From: Betaproteobacteria bacterium
Lineage (GTDB): Bacteria; Pseudomonadota; Gammaproteobacteria; Burkholderiales; SG8-39
Assembly: GCA_037443705.1 (NCBI GenBank)
Contig: JBBINV010000003.1
Coordinates: 20,498-84,497, forward strand
Direction of reading: 5' to 3'
DNA: 64,000 bases
Below the pieces are notes generated by a model. That model was not told the DNA's origin and made no database searches. It worked only from the letters and a program-made list of their open reading frames with translations. The position numbers and the translations under genes are program-made. Shown piece after piece: positions 58,509-64,000 of this stretch. Within the stretch, counting starts at the first letter, position 1; every line of letters begins with the position of its first letter.

Positions 58509-60363
58509 CGCGCGCGGCTTCCTCGATGCGCTCGCCGCGGAGGCGCCCTTCCACGATCTCGTAGCCCATCAGGGCGAAGACGCGGTCGCGCACGAAGAGC
58601 GGCCGCGAGTTGCCGTACCAGTCGACGCAGGAGGCGCGGCAGCCATCGCCGCCGGAGGCGGACCGCGAGTCGAGCGTGCCGAGTTCGGTGAGCGTCAATG
58701 CGCGATTGCGAAGGTAAAGGACCGAGGCTGACTCGCGCCGAAGCTGCCGCGAGGCCGCCTCGCCGCCGCCCACGTTCGGCAGCCCGATGAGCCCCTCGTA
58801 CGGATCTTGCGGCCGGTAGGAGAACCCGTGGCTGCGCGTCTCGCCCTGCGCGGCGTTCGCGCGCGTGTAGCGCTCGACCGCAACGGGCACGCTCCCCAGA
58901 CGCACGCTCGTGAAGTGGAGGTCCCTGCCGTCGCTTCCGATCACGAGCGCGTGCGCTCCGAGCGCCTCGATCCGGTCGACGCCGTGGACGAGGGGGATAT
59001 CATGCGCGTTTCCCTCCCCGGCGTAGCGCACGGCATACGCCTTCGATTCATTGACCTGCGCCGGCCGACGCCAGCCGGCGCCAGAGCCATAAAGGAGATA
59101 ATCCCCGACAAAACGGTTATGGAGCGCGTAGCTCCCGGCAGGCCGCGGGAGCGGGCGGTAGGCCTCGGGCCGCGCGCTTTCGGTGCCGTACGAAAATCGC
59201 GCGAGCGGCACGCGCAGGAGCGCGAGATCGCCGGCGCGCGATTCGGCCGCCCACATGCCCTCGCCGCTGCCCTCGGCGCGCACGAGCACGTTAAGGAACC
59301 CGTCCGCGCCTTCGAGGAACGAGAACTGATCGATCGGGCTGCCGGCGGTCTTCAGCGCGCTCGGCGCCGAGCCCTCGAGCGGGATGCGGAATACCGACGA
59401 CACCGGGCTGGTGCGCGCGCCAAGGCGGCGCCACGCCGTGGTCCATACGTACACCGACTCGGGCGAGACGTAGAACACGCGCCCGGGCAGCGCGAGCACT
59501 GCGGTGCTCGCGCAATCGAGCTCGGGCGCAGCGAGGTCGCACGTGGTGACGCTGTGCAGCGCCACGCCCTGCCAGGGGTCGAGCGGCTCGTCGGTTCGAT
59601 AGATGCGCGTGGCGGGCGCGATGCGCCTGAATTCCGAGCTCGCAGCGCCGTGGCGCCAGCGCCGCACGGCCGGAAACGACGCGTAGGGGTCGCCCGCCCA
59701 GGGGTTGAGGTGAAGCGGGGCGTAGAACACGAGCTTCGAGCCGATCAGCCGGCTCGCGTAGTTGCGCGAGGAGTAGTAATCGTTCGATCGAAGGTGCCAC
59801 GTCGATCGATGGGTCAGGATTCCTTCGGGCGAAATCCGGAACAGACCGATCTCGGTGCCGCCGCGCGCGTAGCTGTAGCCGATGACCGCAATGGTGTCTT
59901 TCCAGAGCAGCATCTCGTCGTACCAGGCGCCGCGCGGATCGATCCCGTCGCCGAAGGCATCCGCCACCGAGACGGGTGCGAGGCCGCGATCGCCCACGCG
60001 CACCGTGAAGAGCCTTCCGCGCCGCAGGATTACGAGGTGATCGCCGTGCAGCTTGACGATCCCGCCTTCGTCCACGCCCGCGTGCTGCACGTTGGTGACC
60101 GATTCTTCGGCCGCCGGTGCCGCGGCGAGCGGAGTCGCCTTCGATGCCGCCCCCAGGACCGGCGCGTCTGGCCGCGCGCGAGCCTCTGCCTGCCGGCGCC
60201 GGTATTGCTCCTGCCAGCCCTTGAACAGCGCCGCGAGCTCCGCTTCGCTCGCGAATGCCTTGAGGGTTCGCTTCGGGGCGGTATCGGCGGCAGGAGCCGC
60301 AAAGGAGATCGCGAGGGCGAGGACCGCCGCGAGCGCGGTCCGCCGGTTTCTTCTTCCGATCAT
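58471..60363 (-). CDS. Secreted beta-propeller-domain protein of unknown function
   Basis: Signal peptide (ALAISFAAPAAD). The N-terminal TNVQHAGVDEGGIVKLHGDHL and overall pattern resemble the Beta_propel-type family (from memory). No catalytic motif recognised. Confidence 0.65.
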   Translation of the reverse strand: MIGRRNRRTALAAVLALAISFAAPAADTAPKRTLKAFASEAELAALFKGWQEQYRRRQAEARARPDAPVLGAASKATPLAAAPAAEESVTNVQHAGVDEGGIVKLHGDHLVILRRGRLFTVRVGDRGLAPVSVADAFGDGIDPRGAWYDEMLLWKDTIAVIGYSYARGGTEIGLFRISPEGILTHRSTWHLRSNDYYSSRNYASRLIGSKLVFYAPLHLNPWAGDPYASFPAVRRWRHGAASSEFRRIAPATRIYRTDEPLDPWQGVALHSVTTCDLAAPELDCASTAVLALPGRVFYVSPESVYVWTTAWRRLGARTSPVSSVFRIPLEGSAPSALKTAGSPIDQFSFLEGADGFLNVLVRAEGSGEGMWAAESRAGDLALLRVPLARFSYGTESARPEAYRPLPRPAGSYALHNRFVGDYLLYGSGAGWRRPAQVNESKAYAVRYAGEGNAHDIPLVHGVDRIEALGAHALVIGSDGRDLHFTSVRLGSVPVAVERYTRANAAQGETRSHGFSYRPQDPYEGLIGLPNVGGGEAASRQLRRESASVLYLRNRALTLTELGTLDSRSASGGDGCRASCVDWYGNSRPLFVRDRVFALMGYEIVEGRLRGERIEEAARVSFAPGTAPTSR

Positions 60364-60441
60364 GAGGTTGTCTCCGGTTTCGCGCGCCCGGCGGCGCGCC
60401 CATGGAGTGCTTGAACGGACCTGCGCCCGAGACGGGTTAAG

Positions 60442-61095
60442 TCATTTCCTTCGGAACAGCAGGTCGCGCACCTCGTGGCCGGGCCCTGCGCCGCGGCGCT
60501 CGAACTTGGTGACGGGGCGGGATGCGGCGGGGGCGGAAAATTTTTCGAGATCCGGATTCCCGGAAAGTACCGCTTCGATCTGCGCCGCGTAGTCGGCCCA
60601 GTCGGTGGCGGCGTGCAGGATCCCGCCGGGCGCGAGCTTGCGCGCGGCCAGCCTCGCGAACCCCGGCTGCACCAGGCGCCGCTTGTGATGACGCTTCTTG
60701 GGCCAGGGGTCCGGGAAGAAGAGGTGGATCGCCGCGAGCGAGCCGTCGGCGATCATGTGCTCGAGGACTTCCACGGCGTCGTGGCGGATCACGCGCAGAT
60801 TCCGCAGGCCGAGCTTTTCGATCAGGCGAAGAAGGCTCCCTACACCGGGAGAATGGACTTCAACGGCAAGAAAATCGGTCTGCGGCGACGCAGCGGCAAT
60901 CGCCGCGGTGGTTTCGCCCATGCCGGACCCGATTTCGAGGACCAGGGGCGCCTTGCGGCCGAAGAGCGATTCAGGGTCGAGAAGCGCGGAGGTGAACGGA
61001 ACCCCGTACTTCGGAAACAACGTCTCCAGGGCCTTCGCCTGCGCAGGCGTCACGCGCCCCTGCCGGAGCACGTAACTCCTGATGGGACGGTTCAA
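60442..61095 (-). CDS. trmB: tRNA (guanine46-N7)-methyltransferase
   Basis: [39 protein letters not shown] start at 61095 overlaps the thiG stop (TTGA). Confidence 0.9.
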   Translation of the reverse strand: MNRPIRSYVLRQGRVTPAQAKALETLFPKYGVPFTSALLDPESLFGRKAPLVLEIGSGMGETTAAIAAASPQTDFLAVEVHSPGVGSLLRLIEKLGLRNLRVIRHDAVEVLEHMIADGSLAAIHLFFPDPWPKKRHHKRRLVQPGFARLAARKLAPGGILHAATDWADYAAQIEAVLSGNPDLEKFSAPAASRPVTKFERRGAGPGHEVRDLLFRRK

Positions 61096-61898
61096 GCAGC
61101 CCTGGACTTCGAGGGCGCGATCGTGCCTTCGGTGGGCGAGGAAGGCATCGCGCCGTAGAGCTTCTTCGGCATGCGGCCCGCGAGGAAGGCTTCGCGACCG
61201 GCCTGCACCGCGAGCTTCATCGCGCGCGCCATGCGCACCGGGTCCTGGGCCGCGGCGATCGCGGTGTTCATGAGCACGCCGTCGCAGCCGAGCTCCATCG
61301 CGATCGCCGCGTCGGAGGCCGTGCCTACGCCGGCATCGACCAGCACGGGCACGCTCACGCGCTCGATCACGAGCTGCAGGTTCCAGGGGTTGAGGATGCC
61401 CATGCCCGAGCCGATCAGCGAGGCGAGCGGCATGATCGCTACGCAGCCCGCGTCCTCCAGCATCTTCGCCTGGATCGGGTCGTCGGAGCAGTACACCATC
61501 ACCTTGAAGCCTTCTTTCACGAGCTGGCGCGCCGCGGCGAGCGTCTCGGGCATGTTGGGGTAGAGCGATTGCGCGTCTCCCAGCACCTCCAGCTTCACCA
61601 AATCGTGGCCGTCGAGCAGCTCGCGCGCGAGGCGCAGCGTGCGCAGCGCGTCCTCGGCACTGTAGCAGCCAGCCGTGTTGGGCAGCAGCGTGAACCTGGA
61701 GGGCGGCACGTGCTCGAGCAGGCTCGGCTCCCCCGGGTTCTGGCCGATGTTGGTGCGGCGGATCGCCACGGTCACGATTTCCGCGCCCGAGGCGTCGATC
61801 GCGGCTCGGGTTTGAGCGAAGTCCCTGTACTTGCCGGTGCCGATGAGGAGCCGCGAGCCGTACGCCTTGCCCGCGACAACGAGTCTGTCTTCCTTCAA
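61092..61898 (-). CDS. thiG: Thiazole synthase
   Basis: [50 protein letters not shown]; TTG start. Confidence 0.95.
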   Translation of the reverse strand: MKEDRLVVAGKAYGSRLLIGTGKYRDFAQTRAAIDASGAEIVTVAIRRTNIGQNPGEPSLLEHVPPSRFTLLPNTAGCYSAEDALRTLRLARELLDGHDLVKLEVLGDAQSLYPNMPETLAAARQLVKEGFKVMVYCSDDPIQAKMLEDAGCVAIMPLASLIGSGMGILNPWNLQLVIERVSVPVLVDAGVGTASDAAIAMELGCDGVLMNTAIAAAQDPVRMARAMKLAVQAGREAFLAGRMPKKLYGAMPSSPTEGTIAPSKSRAA

Positions 61899-61900
61899 GT

Positions 61901-62104
61901 TCAGCCCCCGCCCACGGCGGCCACGATCTCCAGCCGGTCGCCGTCCCGCACGAGCGTCGAGCCGTGCGCGCTCTTCGGCACGATCTCGCCGTTCTTCTCG
62001 ACCGCGATCCGGCGGCCGGCGAGCGCCATGCGCTCGAGGAGTTCGGCGAGCGCAAGCGGATGCTCGAAACGCTGCGCTGCGCCGTTCACGGTGACTTCGA
62101 TCAC
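61901..62104 (-). CDS. thiS: Sulfur-carrier protein ThiS
   Basis: 67 aa ending with the VGGG C-terminal Gly-Gly; directly upstream of thiG. Confidence 0.9.
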   Translation of the reverse strand: MIEVTVNGAAQRFEHPLALAELLERMALAGRRIAVEKNGEIVPKSAHGSTLVRDGDRLEIVAAVGGG

Positions 62105-62326
62105 GCGTGAGATTTTACCGCGGCGCTGCCTCGGCCGGAGGGGCTAGAATGACCCTCGACCGCCAGGACCGCCTGCCGGCTGATCCCGATCGACCGGCGC
62201 CGCTTTGCCTTGCTCGTCCAGGAGACGCCGCACTTCGCGATCCAGGTGATGCGCATAATGGCGGATCGCCTCCGCCAGATGAACGCGCTACCTTGGCGCG
62301 ACCCGCGTGCTAGAATTTTTTGCACC

Positions 62327-62400
62327 GCGGGTGTAGTTCAATGGCAGAACATCAGCTTCCCAAGCTGAATACGTGGGTTCGATTCCCATCACCCGCTCCA
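62327..62400 (+). tRNA. tRNA-Gly (anticodon CCC)
   Basis: Acceptor stem GCGGGTG/CACCCGC, D-arm TAGTTCAATGGCAGAAC, anticodon loop gcttCCCAAgc, T-arm GGTTCGATTCC, encoded CCA end. Confidence 0.93.
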
Positions 62401-62639
62401 GGCCACACCTGAGCGGCCAGGGCCTGCGGGCGAGGGGCGGTCTCGGCGTACGGCGCCTGCCGGTCTCGGGGCTGCGGGGGGATCAGGAATCAGCGGGTCG
62501 TTCGCCTTGCGCACCGCGTAGCGCGCGCGCCGTTCGACGTCCAGGCGACGGCCCTCCCCGGTCCTTGCGGGCCTGGCCATCGGTCGTTGGACGGATCCCG
62601 GGGCATTTGATTTCCGGGCCGCCGTAGTATTCTCCTGCC

Positions 62640-63545
62640 ATGTCCTACTCGGTCGAGGGCAAGCTCGTCGTTGCGATTTCCTCGCGGGCCCTGTTCGACT
62701 TCGAGGACGAGAACCGGGTCTTCGAGGCCGCGGGCGAGGCCGACTACATCGCCCTTCAGCTCGCGCGCCTGGAGGTGCCGGCCAAGGAAGGCGTCGCGTT
62801 TCCGCTGGTGAAGAAGCTGCTCGCGTTCAACGCGGGCGGGACCCAGCGCGTGGAGGTGGTGATCCTGTCGAAGAACGACCCGGTGTCGGGGCTGCGCGTG
62901 TTCCGTTCCGCGGAACGCGCGGGGCTGAAACTCGAGCGCGGGGTGTTCACGCGTGGCCGAAGTCCCTATCGGTATCTCGACGCGCTCAAGGCGAACCTGT
63001 TCCTCTCGGCGAACGAGCAGGACGTGATGGGGGCGCTCGACGCGCGCTTCCCGGCGGCGCGCGTGGTGCCCGAATCGGCGCAGGCCGCGGGCCGCCACGC
63101 CGACGAGGTCCGGATCGCGTTCGACGGCGACGCGGTCCTGTTCTCGGATGAGGCCGAACGCGTCTACCAGAAAGAGGGGCTGGATGCCTTCACGCGCCAC
63201 GAGACGGTGCACGCGCTCAGGCCGCTGCCGCCGGGCCCGTTCAAGCCGTTGCTCGAGGCGCTTCACCGGCTCCAAAGCGAGAAAATCCCTGCCATGCGCA
63301 TCCGCACCGCACTCGTCACGGCGCGCAGCGCCCCGGCGCACGAGCGCGCGGTGCGTACGCTCATGGACTGGAACATCACGGTGGACGAGGCGCTGTTTCT
63401 GGGGGGCCTGGACAAGGGCGCGTTCCTCAGGGCGTTCGAGCCGGATTTCTACTTCGACGACCAGCGCGGGCATGTGGAATCGGCTCAGCAGCATGTCGCC
63501 ACTGGCCACGTGCCGTTCGGCGTGGCAAACGCGAGGCGTCCATGA
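62640..63545 (+). CDS. 5'-nucleotidase-family (HAD-like) protein
   Basis: KLVVAISSRALFDFEDENRVF, IAFDGDAVLFSDEAERVY, TALVTARSAPAHERAVRTL and FFDDQ match the cytosolic 5'-nucleotidase family pattern (from memory). Confidence 0.75.
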   Translation: MSYSVEGKLVVAISSRALFDFEDENRVFEAAGEADYIALQLARLEVPAKEGVAFPLVKKLLAFNAGGTQRVEVVILSKNDPVSGLRVFRSAERAGLKLERGVFTRGRSPYRYLDALKANLFLSANEQDVMGALDARFPAARVVPESAQAAGRHADEVRIAFDGDAVLFSDEAERVYQKEGLDAFTRHETVHALRPLPPGPFKPLLEALHRLQSEKIPAMRIRTALVTARSAPAHERAVRTLMDWNITVDEALFLGGLDKGAFLRAFEPDFYFDDQRGHVESAQQHVATGHVPFGVANARRP

Positions 63546-64000
63546 AGATCTTGAAGCTTGCCGTCTATGGAATCGCCGCCATCGTGGCTCTGGCGGCTCT
63601 CGCCGTCGGCGCCGCGGCGGTCGTCGTCGATGGCGCATTCGTAAAAGCGCGGCTCGAGCGCGCGATGAAGGAGAAGAACCGCGCGCTCGCGATCGAAGGC
63701 GTGCCGGCGGTGAAGCTCTTTCCGGTGGCGGGCATCGCGCTCGGCAAGACGACGCTTTCCGAGGCGGGCAGCGACAAGCGCTTCGTGGCGCTCGAATCGA
63801 TGGAGGTCGCCGTGCGTGTGATGCCGCTGCTGTCGGGCGAGGTGGCGGTCGAGACGCTGAAGCTCGCGGGGCTCAAGGTGAGCCTCGTGCGCGCCAGGGA
63901 CGGGCGCATGAATTTCGACGACCTTGCGGGCGAAAAACGCGAGGAGCGCGCCGGTCCGCCGCCGCGCGTGCGGCTCGGCGAGGCGAGCATCGAGCGGGCC
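63542..64000 (+). CDS. AsmA-family protein, N-terminal part (runs off the window)
   Basis: Open frame from ATG 63542 (ATGA overlap with the previous stop). N-terminal TM anchor LAVYGIAAIVALAALAV, then an AsmA-like beta-rich start (VETLKLAGLKVSLVRARDGRMNFDDL). Confidence 0.7.
   Translation, partial: MKILKLAVYGIAAIVALAALAVGAAAVVVDGAFVKARLERAMKEKNRALAIEGVPAVKLFPVAGIALGKTTLSEAGSDKRFVALESMEVAVRVMPLLSGEVAVETLKLAGLKVSLVRARDGRMNFDDLAGEKREERAGPPPRVRLGEASIERA

Noticed and set aside
62105-62326. Possible TPP (THI-box) riboswitch upstream of thiS on the minus strand
   Set aside because: I looked for the CTGAGA core and the ACCTGATCTGGATAATGCCAGCG segment. Only a loose resemblance is present (CACCTGGATCGCGAAGTGCGGCG) and there is no CTGAGA. 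A covariance-model scan (TPP model) of 62100-62330 would settle it.
62389-62639. Region after tRNA-Gly checked for integrase remnants or att-type repeats (small ORFs 62373..62627 + and 62389..62580 -)
   Set aside because: I saw no repeat of the tRNA-Gly 3' end downstream and no integrase-like motifs in any frame. The small ORFs are low-complexity.

Overview
Very GC-rich (judged by eye, not computed), densely coding chromosomal segment with betaproteobacterial-type synteny: ftsY/rsmD-coaD; mutM / TPR-lolB-ispE-tRNA-Gln-prs-rplY-pth-ychF; pstSCAB-phoU-phoBR; yebC-ruvC-ruvA-(fic)-ruvB-ybgC-tolQRAB-pal-cpoB-queC; spoT-rpoZ-gmk-yicC / rph-rdgB-hemW; trmB-thiG-thiS. I count about 75 protein genes and 3 tRNAs (Gln-TTG, Lys-TTT, Gly-CCC). 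There is no rRNA, no CRISPR array and no intact integrase or transposase. Most of the window is housekeeping. The unusual parts are: (i) a decayed, integrase-less double islet behind tRNA-Lys, bounded by a perfect 41-nt copy and a degenerate copy of the tRNA 3' part. It carries a wHTH-MNT/HEPN pair (HEPN frameshifted), a C5-methyltransferase stump and a PIN/RHH pair, and each TA pair has a palindromic operator candidate. (ii) A Fic gene inserted antisense between ruvA and ruvB, with two 33-bp AT-rich palindromes just upstream. (iii) A HigB-like toxin relic with an intact XRE antitoxin after ychF, and a second XRE relic after tspO. (iv) A LivF-type ABC ATPase with no stop codon that runs in frame into an aldehyde dehydrogenase. 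(v) Three conserved genes (pth, ruvA, queC) whose conserved N-termini lie upstream of any in-frame ATG/GTG/TTG and seem to start at a CTG sitting at the stop of the preceding gene. I did not find a convincing complete novel multi-gene system, and these items are the best leads. Many long ORFs in the supplied track are off-frame shadows typical of high-GC DNA and are not reported as genes. All family assignments come from motif recognition by eye, not from database searches.
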